From contig JARFYF010000112.1 of NCBI GenBank assembly GCA_030265395.1, forward strand, positions 19,150,880 to 19,214,879: a DNA stretch of 64,000 bases, written 5' to 3'. Both the position numbers and the translations under genes were made by a program. How positions within the stretch are numbered: position 1 is the stretch's first letter; each line of letters starts with the position of its first letter. The DNA is from Rhina ancylostomus. Lineage: Eukaryota. Of this stretch, positions 1 through 11,755 are shown piece after piece. The notes below the pieces were generated by a model. It saw only the letters and a list, made by a program, of their open reading frames with translations. It searched no databases and was not told the origin of the DNA.

Positions 1-879
1 AAAGTCTGCGAGGGCCTTGAGTTTTTACTATATAATATGTTTTCTTTGGAATTGGGATTAAAAAGAACCCTGGGCAACTCCTCACCAAACATGCAAATCT
101 GCAGGAAATGCAACTGATGGAGTTGAGATTGCCAGAGCTTTTTATAATCACATCAATGTGCTATAAACAAACTGTTATTAGTAAAACTCGATTTTTGCAG
201 TCACGCAGCATAAATACTGATGGGTATTTTTGCCATACCTGGTTTGCTGTTTTACTGCTTGCACATGGTGTTGGGGCAGCGATGACTGATCCTTGAAATC
301 CTTTACCAAGCCGTTTATTTCTTCATTACCTGAGCTGTGGATGTGGTTGGGAGAACCAGATTTATGACATTGCACTAGCTTGAGGTATGTACCTAGCCAG
401 TTTAGCATCAGATGGGAAACAGTAGCCTGAAAATCTCTGCAATGTTTGAGTTGGTGTTGTGCCTGGAAATAAACATCATTCTGTGGTTTTCTGCCAGAAT
501 TGCATGTAATAACGATATCATCATGTTCTGTCTGTAATTATAGTGGAAAAGTGATTTTAAACTAGATAGAAATTATGGGTGTTTGTTTGTGATCCTGAAT
601 TTCTCTAATATGTGTGCACAAATTCAAAAAGTAAGAGTTAGAAAAGTAGTGTATTATTCAAGGGTGCGGTCGTCTATACTTTATAACATGTAATTGAATT
701 ATAAAATAATTAAACTCGTAATGTGCAGCATAGCCATTTGGCCCAATGTCTCCGCAGGTGTTTTGCCCCACCTGAGCCTCTTGCCAACTTGCTGAACTTG
801 GAACCTTGAAACGACCCCTCTCCCTGTTGGACAGACTCCCACTTAAACTATCCTCAGATAATAGTCCACATCCAAATGC

Positions 880-1597
880 AGTTTAACCTGGCCAGTATCT
901 AGGCCTGGGCTGATAGGTGGCAAATAACATTCATGCCGCATGAGTGCCAGGCTATGACGATATCCAACAAGAGAAAATCCAGCTATCATCCCCTGACATT
1001 CAATGGCATTACCATCACTGAATCCCCCACCATCGATATCTTGGAGGCTGGAAATCCTGTGGCAGGTAACTTGCCTCCGAACTCCCAGAAGCCTGTCCAG
1101 CATCTCAAGGCTCAAATGAGGAGTACGATGGAATACTTATCACTTGCCCGGATGAATGCAGCTTCAACAACACTCAAACTCGACCCATACAGGACATAGC
1201 ACCCCACCCACAACCATTCACTCACTCCACCTCTGATGCACAGTAGCAGCAGTTCATACCATCAACAGGATGCACTGCAGCAGCTCACCAAGAATCCTTA
1301 GACAGCACCTACCAAACCCATGACTTCTACCAGCTGGTAGGACATGGGTAGCAACAGCATGGGAACACCACTACCTGGAATTTCCCTTATGATCCACACA
1401 CCATCCTGACTTGGAAATATATTGCTGTTTCTTCACTGTTGCTGGGTCAAAATCCTGGAACTCCCTCCCTAAACAGTATTGAGGGTATACCCACAACCCG
1501 GACTGTGGCAGCTCACTACCTTCTCAAGGGCAGTTAGGGATGGGTAATTAAATGCTGGCTCAGCCTGTGAAGCCCACGTCCCTTGAATGAATGATTT
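880..1597 (+). mobile_element. 3' fragment of a CR1/L2-group non-LTR retrotransposon (RT C-terminus plus 3' UTR), decayed
   Basis: Translates to WADRWQITFMPHECQAMTISNKRKSSYHPLTFNGITITESPTIDIL...KAQMRSTMEYLSLARMNAASTTLK, typical of CR1-group RT C-termini. Ends in the tail cttctcaagggcagttagggatgggtaattaaatgctggc...gaatgaatga. Internal deletions present. Confidence 0.85.
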
Positions 1598-2839
1598 AAA
1601 AAAAACCATTGGTGTGTCTGAACCTCATGACTGTACCTTCAATGCTCCCCACTTGAAAAACATTGCAACTTTTGAAATACCCTGTTAAAACATTTGGGGG
1701 AAATCCATAGTATACTTGAAATCCCTTGATTATTATTATAGAGCATTCTGGTTTTGAATTTTGCCAGTAGAGTTTATATGTTGGGGCTGGCAGCCATAAT
1801 GGCTGGTAAGCTCTGTTCAGCTTTGCATCAGATACAATCATCAGATAGCTAAGAATCTAGCCATTTTTCAACAAAATTGTGGCATCAGATCAAAGGTAAA
1901 TTCAGCAAAATAACTTATTATTTTATGTATATTACTTTTATGAGCCATATATCTTAGTGCAGAATAACAGAAATCTAATATTGTTGTGATGCATAACCTT
2001 AGAAAAAGCCAGTCATTGAAATGTAGCATTCAATTTAAAGTTATAACAATCTTTAGCAGTTTTTGAGTAGCTACAGGTACCATTGTTTGCATGTTCTGAG
2101 CAATCTTTTCAAAGAAGTAAGCCAAAGTAATAGCTAAACTTTATGCCATTACTCCTGAACCAAGAATGTCGTGACCAATGGTAACATAGATCCACCAGCA
2201 AAATAATAACATTTTGCACAAATTAGATTTTACATAATGGCCAGGAAAGTTTTTGAAAAGTTTGAGAAAAATATGTGATTTTTCTTTAGCCAATTGCATG
2301 ATCGTTGTTTTGATTCTGAGATGCCCTTTGTAGCTCATTGGCCCAACGTATTGAAGGCGACCTGCATGGCTCCTGACATCCTTGACGCCTTGCTGCTGCA
2401 GCCATCCCACGAAGCAAAGCTGCTTGGGAGTTTCAACTAGGCCTCTGGTGGCAGATCATGAATCCCTACTCCCAGACTACCCAGAGGACCATTCCTCAGC
2501 TTGTGTTATCAAAGAAAGGGCTTCACTAGTTTCTAGATACAGATCCTCCCTCCTGAGAACTGTTTGTAACCTGAACCACTCCCAAGTTGCAAATGCAGTT
2601 GCCCAACCATATATTTAAATTAAAAAACACAGCCCAACCAGGGGAAATGTGTTTTAAAATAGAGCATTTAACTCAACCGTTCAGGTATTGCCGTGAGCCA
2701 AGTTCCCACACAAAAGATACCTGCAGCCATTCAGCAGATCTATCCCGCTGGTTTCCAAATGCTCGTTCACGTGTATGGGTTGTTCATAAGTCAAGTGTCT
2801 ATAACCTGGGGAGGACCTGTATATACATTTATGCAGAGG

Positions 2840-3250
2840 AGAGTGTTGGTGCCTCAGCAATGCAGGTTTGATCTTGATCTCTGAAGCTCACTGTGTGGCG
2901 ATTTGCAGGTTTTCCCTGTGACCTTGGGTTTCCCCTCAGCGACCCAGGTTTAATCTGATGCTAACAGTGTGGAATTTGCAAGTTATTGTTGTGACTACAT
3001 GGGTTTCCCCTGGTTGCTCTTGTTTCCTCCTACGTTCCAAAGATGTGCTGGTTGGTGGGTTAATGGTTACACTAAGTTACCCCCAGTGTCAATGGGAGGT
3101 ATGCAGATCAGAAGCAAGTTGATAGTCATGCAAGACCCAATAGGTTACAGGGGGAAAAAAAATAGGGGAATGGAATTAATGGGATTGCTCTGAGAGCTGG
3201 CGTAAACTTGATGAACTGAATTGTCCCCTATGTCATAACAAAATGTGAGA
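2840..3250 (+). mobile_element. HE1-like V-SINE with duplicated head/core, decayed
   Basis: Two tRNA-like heads (ggtttgatct / ggtttaatct), each followed by V-domain-like tgtgtggngtttgca...gtgac...tgggtttcc; CR1-like tail. Confidence 0.7.
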
Positions 3251-3609
3251 ACCATCAGATGAAATTTATTTAGTGGTAAAAACAAAATTAAAATAGATAA
3301 AAATACATGTAAATAATGTTAATTAGAAATGTAAGTGAAATAAAGAAAGAGGGAAAAAAAACTTGACCTTTTCTTTAATAAAGGTCAATGACCCCATTTA
3401 AAATAAGGAGGCCATGGTAGATCTGACAGACATGGTTGATTTAAAGCCGAAGGGTTGGATATGAAGTGTAACTGCAACTGCCCTTGGATTTGGTGATTCC
3501 AGTGGCAAGGCAAGAGGTCGGATATGCTGGCATCTGACCTCCATCTTGTTCAATACTCCTCCTGTGCTGCAATGGACAACTGGCCAAAGTGTGTTTCTTT
3601 TTCCACTTA

Positions 3610-3935
3610 TTTGTTTATTGTGGATGTCATGGACAATACCAGCATTCCCCTGAAATGAGGAAGCAGTTAAAAGTCAACGATCTGGGCTCCCATATAAGCA
3701 ATACCAGGTAAGGTGAACAGATTTCCTTCCATGAAGGACATTAGTGGTCTGGATAGGTTTTTGCAATATTCCAATCAGATTTACTGGTCACTGAGATCAC
3801 CTTTCATTAAATTCCAGGTTTAGTTCATTATTTCAATTTAATTTTCCTGGTTGCCGTGTTGGGAGTTGAACTTGTCCTTTTGAATCAATAATCCAGAACT
3901 CCAGCTGCTGATCCAGTAACTTAACCATTATGCAA
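3610..3935 (-). mobile_element. tRNA-derived SINE sharing its 3' tail with the LINE at 880-1597
   Basis: cagatttccttccatgaaggacattagtg...gggagttgaac...ccagtaacttaaccattatgc; related copies at 24400, 32770 and 37320. Confidence 0.65.
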
Positions 3936-4679
3936 ATGCATCCAAAAGTAAGTACAATTCAGGGCATTATCTATGCAACAAGCTTTTGTGGATTGACACA
4001 AATCACAAGGTGGCATAGGTTTTAAGCCTACATTAATTTAGACATAGAACAGCCCGAAGTCAACTGGTATTGGTGTAACAAGGATTTGTACAGTTTAACC
4101 TTTGGCAGTGTTAGACTTGCACTGTACATGGACATTGGCCATAGTGCAATCGAGATTTTTAGACATGAGAACAAATAAATACTCTGCGAGCCTAGTGGTG
4201 GAGAGATACTAATTCAGCTTTTGGAGCAAGACCTCCCCTTGCTATGTTTAGAAGGATTAAACAACTGAAGGCATAGAAATTTGCCTTGGGCAGAGCACGA
4301 GAGGTTTCTCATCAGCTGCCTGTTACACACGTTAATCAATAGTCAATTTATGAAATGGATTCTCAACAAAGTCACTTATTTCCAGGATGGCAACTGTTGA
4401 GAAAGTAGCTGGTTGTGAATGAGATTGAAGGATAGCTTCAGACTAGAACAATCAAAATGTCTCTGCGATACAATGGCTTCCATATTGTTCCAAAGTCAAG
4501 AGTACAGTTGTGGAACACATTAGTTTGAAGCTGTATAATATTAGATTGGTATCTTGTGCATGATTGTCTTTGAGGTCAAGAGGAAATGTCACGGAGTTTT
4601 TGTTAGATTTCCCTGCAGTATTCAGCTCTTTGCAGGAAATTAAAGCCTAGATTATTTTTACATACTTAAAAATGATTAC

Positions 4680-5087
4680 TCTTTTATTTTCATAACCTCT
4701 GAAATGTACCAAACCATCTTACAGCCAGTGAAGTACATTTGATGTGTAGACACAATTACGTAGGAAATGCAACAGATAATTCCGGTAAAGCAGGGTCCCA
4801 CAAACATCACCGTGATAATAACCAGATAATCTTTTATGGTAATATTGGTTGAGCAATAAACAGTAGCTGGGGGATTCAGAACCTCTCTACTCTTCTTCAG
4901 AATTGCCAAAGTCTATTTTACATCCAGCTGAGGAGGAAGGAAGGGCTTTATTTTTACTTCTGATCTGAAATATAGCATCTATATCAATGCAGGACTTTCT
5001 CAGTGGTCAGTCTAAATTTTGTGTTCAGTTTTGTGCATTGGTCAATTGAAACTACAGCCTTTTGACTGAGACCCCAACCCACTGAGT
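4680..5087 (-). mobile_element. SacSINE1-like Deu-domain SINE, near full length
   Basis: Reverse strand gives a tRNA-like head (ctcagtggg...ctcagtcaaaaggctgtagtttcaa), a Deu-like core (ctcaaccaatattacc...attatctggttattatcac...tttgtgggacc) and an L2-like tail. Confidence 0.75.
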
Positions 5088-6409
5088 TTCTATTGCCCTA
5101 AACAAGCAATGAAATCAAATTGGGTGGAAAGGAATTCAGTGAAGATAGAGGCAAATAAAATCAGTGTTTAAAGAGTTAAAGCCAAGAACCTTTGTTTCAC
5201 TTTCCAAAATGTAATTCTCATCCATGCAAGAAATTAGAAAAAGCAAGGCAGATATATATAATGCATATGTCAAAGAATGAGTGATTGGTACTTGCACATA
5301 CTCAGACGTCCTTGGTAATATATGGTGGCCTTTTCTGATGTTCTGTACAGTTGTAAAACTGAAATATAGGAAGATTAACATTGCTTAACTTCAATAAGTG
5401 GTATTTTGCGAGCACTTACATTTGACTAGATGTGGTGCTGTCCCAGCCTCATCTGTCACAAGTAATTTTCTATAAATGTGCACAGGATAAAAGTGCAAAT
5501 TCCTGAATATTTCCATGGAATCTCATACAATCCCAGCAATTTTCCCTCTCTTGCCCTTTCTAGTTAATGCTATTAAATATTTAGCACTGCTTATGAAAGG
5601 GATTTGTAATTGGTTAGCCTTCCTAAACAAGCTTTACATAACTGCTCCAGCCTGTCAGGAGACAGACAAAGACAACTTTAATTGGTTTAGAATCTGTTCC
5701 AGGGAATCACACCCTCAGTGGCCATGACCTCTGAGTGCTTCAGACATTCAAATTCCCTTCAGTGTGGCATTCTCTGAATAGGCAACACCCTGCAGAAGGA
5801 AGATTGCAAATGCTCATAATAAATCATGATGAATATTTAAACTCTTGGCTAGCTGGTCCTGACTCTGGAATGGTACTGAATTTTTCACACACATACAGTA
5901 CACTCACATATACACACAAATTTTACCTGCAACATTGATTTCAAGCATTGGATCTGCCTACTGAGCAATTGCAATTTATAATTTCTGCCATTGGTTTAGT
6001 ACGTTAAAATCATTTTCCTTGAATCATGCATGTTTCCCTTTAATTTAACACAATGCAGCCTTTGTCATTTCAGCTCTATTCTGGGGGATCTTTTTCGCCC
6101 TCCGAGTGAACCAGACAGCAACGTTTCATTAACAGTTTCAAATGTTGTCAGCCATAAGGAGAGCCTACATGGAGCAAAGCACGTGGTGTTATGACCTCTT
6201 GGAAAGTTTTCTAACCGGGTCTAAAGAGTATTAGGGGAATAAAGTACTGACTTCAGATCAGACAATGTGTTTTATTGCTGATAAAGTGAAAGAAAGATTC
6301 AAATTAGAAGTATCAGTTTTTTGGTGGGGTAACTTTAATCTATTCCAAAACTGTACACAGACTATATGCCAGATGTTATCTAACCAGTTATAGAAAAGCT
6401 TCAATAATA

Positions 6410-6583
6410 GAACTGAAAATCCTGTCTTACTCAGCAGGTGAGGCAGCACCTGTGGAGAAAGAAAGTTAACATTTCAGAACATGAAAGACCATTGACCTGA
6501 AATGTTAACTGTTTCTCTCTCACAGATGCCATCCAAATTGCTGAGTATGTCCAGGATTTTCTGTTTTATATCAGATTTCCAGA
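6410..6583. mobile_element. Palindromic non-autonomous Penelope-type element remnant
   Basis: Inverted arms gaaaatcctg..actcagca..gttaacatttcag / ctgaaatgttaac..tgctgagt..caggattttc around a decayed hammerhead-like core (atgaaagaccattgacctgaaatg). Confidence 0.65.
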
Positions 6584-6669
6584 ATATTCATTATATTATA
6601 ATAACTGGCTATAAAATAATCAAAATTACTAGCATAACACTAACCTTTATAACAGCAGGCAAAAATTAT

Positions 6670-6868
6670 AAAAGGTACAAGGCTTTGCCGCCAATACATA
6701 AAAGCCTTTGGAGGAATGTATGGACAATTGTGAGCTCTGGATGTAGGGTTCTTTGAAGGGTCTCGCCTTTGAAGGATTGCCTTGCAGATATATCAAAGTA
6801 TTGCCAAGGCCCCAAAGGTTAGATTATAAAGATTGGTCATTTACACCACATTTATATTCCTGGAATAT
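6670..6868 (+). mobile_element. Decayed CR1 LINE ORF2 fragment running into a gap
   Basis: Residual similarity to the CR1 L-Y-K-A-L-V-R-P-H-L-E-Y-C-V-Q-F-W region and the LPGLEGLSY region. Confidence 0.5.
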
Positions 6869-7662
6869 NNNNNNNNNNNNNNNNNNNNNNNNNNNNNNNN
6901 NNNNNNNNNNNNNNNNNNNNNNNNNNNNNNNNNNNNNNNNNNNNNNNNNNNNNNNNNNNNNNNNNNNNTTTCATTCCTTAATCAAATCTAATTTCTGTAT
7001 TATTCTGAAACATGTCAGGCCTGATTTTGTGGGGATAGGAAGGCCAATGTTTGGTGGTCCACTCTGAGTTTGCATGACTCCCATTTGAATAGAAAATCGG
7101 CTCAGTCTTTCAGTTACGCAAGTATCCACTATGCTACTGTACCCTTAAGGTGGTAGTTAATATCTTAAATCTTTTGATTTAACTTAGTTTGGGATGAGAA
7201 GAAATAAGATGAACAATTGTTGTATTTTGTTGTATGTTAAATATAAATGCTATTCTTATCAGTTCAATTAGTTCTATCAGTTCACATGTAGTATTAGGCT
7301 TTCCTTTCTTGTAAAGGTTGCAGTAATGTAAATAAAGGTCTGTCATACTCTGCAGATAATTTAACAGGCAAATGGAAGGGGGTATTTTTGCGTCAGTGAC
7401 TGTAAACATACAGTCTATTAGCTGTTTTTGGCAAAGTGTAATTTTTGTTGCTTTCTTAGTACTCAAGCTGTTAACAATGAGATCTAATAAAAAAACTGTT
7501 CATTGCAGCCAGACTTGAGGTTTCATTTGGCTCCACAATGCCTCTCCATTCACTTTATCACTGTCATTTATTCCAGCTTCTAGTACTTGTCTGTTAAATG
7601 TAGATCAGAAACTCCAGTGTATTGCACTCTTTTCTGAAGAGTTCTTCTGTTGTAATTTAAAA

Positions 7663-7845
7663 CAGAACTTCATATTCCTTTTTTTCCAGAACTTCATATT
7701 CCTTTTTTTCCAGAACTTCATATTCCTTTTTTTCCAGAACTTCATATTCCTTTTTTTTCCAGAACTTCATATTCCTTTTTTTCCAGAACTTCATATTCCT
7801 TTTTTTCCAGAACTTCATATTCCTTTTCCAGAACTTCATATTTTT
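7663..7845 (+). repeat. Minisatellite, ~24-bp unit CAGAACTTCATATTCC(T)7C, about 7.5 copies
   Basis: Seen directly; units differ only in poly-T length (4-8). Confidence 0.97.
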
Positions 7846-8139
7846 TTTAATCTTTGTTACCAGCATGTACCATACTTGGTTAAGTATCTACACTCATTAC
7901 ATAGCTTTCAACTGAACAAGTGGACGATGCAAGCTGCCGTTATGGGAATGGAGTAGTCAATTTACATGAAGTTGATCTTACAAATTAATACTGGGTAACT
8001 TTTGCTGATGGGAGTTATGTCATGACTCGGAGGAAAATATCATTGACTTATGTCCTACTTGATTCAATACAGATGTACACAATTGAATTCTTCAATACAT
8101 TGACTTTCAAGTACTCCTGTCAGTGAGACTTGAGTTGCT

Positions 8140-8790
8140 TAGTACCTCCTGGATACTTTGTGCAGTTAGTGGCTGCACAAAGTTAGTTTGGGAGAGGACA
8201 TTGGTCCACCTTTTTTGTTGGTGGATTTGGAGGATTTTGCAGAGACAGCTCTGAAGTTGAGGTGCCTACAGTAAATTGTCTGTCTCTCCAAAAGACACTG
8301 GGTCAGGGATTAGTGCTGCTCAGTAAACCATGAGCTCAGTGCCGCATTTATGGTCTTGGTCTTTGAACACTTTTTTTCGTTGGTGGCTAAAAATTGTGCT
8401 GGTGCACTGCAGGAATCAATATCTGCCTTCCTTGAGAACTGGGTGCTAATAGTGATCCAAGTATTCCAGGTTCTCATTGTGAACCTTAACTGTTGGGAAT
8501 GGTGTTGTTCGNNNNNNNNNNNNNNNNNNNNNNNNNNNNNNNNNNNNNNNNNNNNNNNNNNNNNNNNNNNNNNNNNNNNNNNNNNNNNNNNNNNNNNNNN
8601 NNNNNNNNNNNNNNNNNNNNNNNNNNNNNNNNNNNNNNNNNNNNNNNNNNNNNNNNNNNNNNNNNNNNNNNNNNNNNNNNNNNNNNNNNNGCAGATTCCA
8701 TTCATCAAGTGGTGTAATGGACGTGATCCTTGCTGTATGACAGATCCAAGGAAAATGCAGAGAGCAGCACCAACCACTCAGTGTTTTCTC
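8140..8790 (-). mobile_element. RTE (BovB-like) LINE fragment, decayed, interrupted by a gap
   Basis: Minus strand gives PTVKVHNENLEY..FSRKADID..KKVFKDQD..LMVY..QSCLCKILQIH..WTNVLSQ, matching the RTE RT C-terminus. Confidence 0.75.
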
Positions 8791-9289
8791 TTTGGTCGAA
8801 CAAAAACTTAAATGTCACAGATTATAAAGAATTCTTCTCAAATAAAAATTAGTTACTATTCTCTATCTGCTCCATAATGATCTGCAAGCTATGATCCCAA
8901 CCAATAGGTGTACTATATACATAATCTGAGTGAAGACTGAGGATACAAAAAAATAGCAGGAGTAGGCTACTACACCCTGCTAGGCTGCACCGCCATTCAA
9001 TGTGATCATGGATGATCCATTCAGGGTGTAGGGCAGAGACAAGCAAGGCTTTGTCATAACATCAACCATTTACTCAATCTTTTGGTCTGCAGTGATGTAC
9101 CTCATCTCCAATAACATCTCCACTAGAGTGAAGTTAATCTTATAGGAAGAGAGGAAAACTGTTCAACCCATGTCATCTCCACCATAATTAACCATACTTG
9201 GAGTTGAGGCCAGCATAGATCAGTGGTGAGGGGCCTAATGACCTACTCTTGCTCCTATTTTCTTGTGTTCAGTTGTTGCATTACCTTAC

Positions 9290-9590
9290 AGCCATAACAA
9301 ACGTATATGTGCACTCTCGAATGCTGAGCCCCAAGTCATCATTGATTCTTTCACAGAACTTTTGGTCAGGGTAGCGAGGATTATTGCCCTGTTCTTCTGA
9401 ACAAAAAATGGCACCTTTTTAATGTCTACTATTTCCACTGGAGAATAGATGGGGTAAGTTTCATCCAAAGGGTGGCACCACTGACAGCACAGCACCACAT
9501 GTAGGCAACGTATCAATATAGTTGCTGGAGTGGAAGTGGAATTCAGAAACATCTGGCTCAGAGACTGCTGATGCAAGCAGACTCCATGAA
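9290..9590 (-). mobile_element. Decayed SacSINE1-like SINE
   Basis: tttcatccaaagggtggcaccactgacagcacagcac...ggattcagaaacatctggctcagag resembles the copy at 4680-5087. Confidence 0.55.
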
Positions 9591-10482
9591 TTAAGGGTTA
9601 ATCTCTAAAATATTGTGGTGTCACACCTGGGGGGGAGGGGAGATGAAATCATAGGGGCATTAAAATGTATGCTTTTCTTTGTCTTTGAATAGATTTGTTT
9701 ATTTACGAATAAATAATGGAAAGGGGGCTTTGCTTGATGGCCACATGTTTTTCATATTGGGTGAAGTTTATTCGATTTCCCCCTGATTGGTAAAAAGACC
9801 ATATGCTGTGCGATTGGATATGTAGTGTTACCAATGGCAAGTTGCAGGGTGACAGGTAGTGATTGGAGGTAGGTCACTTGATGAAATCTGCTGAACGTTG
9901 TTCAATATTGGGTTTTTAAAGACTGAGTACTTTATGTTAGAGCAATCTGGTAACAGTAGGAGTGTCATGCACCTGGATAGATGGCACTCTTTCAAAGTGG
10001 CTTCCATCCATATTACTGTTTGAGTTTCAGCAACTACTGAGCACAGCAGATTACCTCCAAGAACCATATTAAACTGGGAAGATGAACATGTATGACAGCT
10101 CTGTCACACAGCTTAGTATGGTTGACAGGAGTGTTAAGGCCCAGGAAGCTTAGTCAATTAGTAGGCAATCCATTTTTCTACACAACTCTATCAGTTTCTT
10201 GGGGAGCCCCAGCTGACTGGGCAGCTTGAAGATTCGGCAGGTCTATTAGTTCTCTGCAGAGGCACTTTGTTTCCAGTCTGTTCATCTCGTCAGTTTACCA
10301 AATGCAGACAAATAAATTGAAATGCTTCAAAAGCCACCTGCAGCATTCTGAAATAGGCTTCTGTTATAGCACAAGATTTGATTTAATTCATCCTTGCATT
10401 ATTTCTAAATGGTTAATATTTAAAGAATATTGCAACATAGTCACACCACTATATAATCTTGTTGCAGTTCTAGTTTGCTAGA

Positions 10483-10580
10483 TATAAACAGAAAATGCTG
10501 GAAATGCACAAAGGGACAGGCAACATCTACAGAGAGGGAAAAGGAGTTAACATTATAGGTTGATGACCTTTCATCAGATC
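10483..10580 (-). mobile_element. Penelope-type terminal element with hammerhead-like core
   Basis: Minus strand reads CTGATGA-AAGGTCATCAACCT-ATAATGTTAAC...gatgttgcctg...ttccagcattttctgttt. Confidence 0.7.
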
Positions 10581-11119
10581 TACCTTGTGAAATATAACAT
10601 TTAATAAAAGGAAGAATAGAAGAAGACAACACTAATTTGTGACTGCTGCAATGCTGTTACACTTTAATGGTTAAACTTTTTTCTTTTGAACCATTTTTTA
10701 TTCAAACATCAAATTAAATTTGTTAGGTAGTAAAACTTGAGTATAGTCAGCAGCAGACAGCCTAATACTTTCTTTGTTACCAGTTTTCTTTTCATCTGTC
10801 TTTCTTGTCCACTCAAAGCATTAAACTCCGTTACAGTTTCTGATTTCTCTCAATATTTGTTTTCTGCAAAGACATGAAGATTCTTTCTGTAGGTATGCAG
10901 AGGCCTCTATAAGCCAAAATGTGACCTTATCAATGTTAGTAGATTGAGCATCAACTCGTGCTTCTAATATAGTGCATTGGGGATCACTGCGCCACACGTG
11001 AGCCTATCACATTTGTATCTATTGTCTGCTTAATCATTCCAAGTCAAATTCCACTGACCTGCCCTTTTTCCCCATTATCCACTATCTTCCTCTGCCTCAA
11101 TTGTTTATTCTCTCTTTAC

Positions 11120-11755
11120 AATATTTTTATTAAATCCATGAAAAAAATAGGGTACATGCATCAAAAAGAGTCAAAATACTACTGAATACATTGTGTTAAA
11201 AATCATACTTAGGAACACAATACTCTAAATTAATAATCACATGTAATAGTTAATAAAGGAAAAATTGGAATATTTTATAAAAAAAATAAATCTACTCCCA
11301 TTAACAANNNNNNNNNNNNNNNNNNNNNNNNNNNNNNNNNNNNNNNNNNNNNNNNNNNNNNNNNNNNNNNNNNNNNNNNNNNNNNNNNNNNNNNNNNNNN
11401 NNNNNNNAGGAAAAATTGGAATATTTTATAAAAAAAATAAATCTACTCCCATTAACAAAAACTGAATCTGTTTGATTTTTTAAAAAAAACAAGGAAAAAC
11501 CCTTGAAATGTAACAATGTCAGCCAATATCAGTATTTTAGTCACCAAATCAAAGATTTTGAAAATAATTCAAAGAAGGTCCCCACAGGGTTTGAGAGTCC
11601 AAGTTAGATTCAAAAACTGAACAGAGAATCTTCTTTAGATTCAAGTATGGCATAACATCCCGCAACCATTGAGCATGAGTAGGCAGAGTAACTTCCTTCC
11701 ATTTAAGCAACTCAGCTCTCCTGGCTGTAAGAGAAATAAAAGCCAGAATGTGTTC
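11120..11755 (-). mobile_element. L1-clade LINE 3' end (ORF2 C-terminus 11749-11549 plus 3' UTR)
   Basis: Open 66 aa ILAFISLTARRAELLKWKEVTLPTHAQWLRDVMPYLNLKKILCSVFESNLDSQTLWGPSLNYFQNL*, matching the fish-L1 ORF2 terminus (ARR.ILL.WK...PT..QWL.DVM..L.LEKI...WGPFL). Not in the ORF track. Confidence 0.85.

Noticed and set aside
7015-7105. Short inverted termini gcctgattttg...gaaaatcggc (similar at 54040-54155)
   Set aside because: Possibly old MITEs, but too degenerate to call.
7657-7866. ORF with KKEYEVLE repeats; CRISPR-like look
   Set aside because: Translation of a minisatellite; no spacers, and the context is eukaryotic.
8310-8811. Long ORFs containing X runs (also 49635-50168, 38119-38526, 62633-62987, 63389-63900)
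   Set aside because: Open only because N gaps contain no stop codons.
11257-11458. Identical 51-bp sequences on both sides of a 100-N gap
   Set aside because: Typical unmerged contig overlap (assembly artefact) within the L1 3' UTR.
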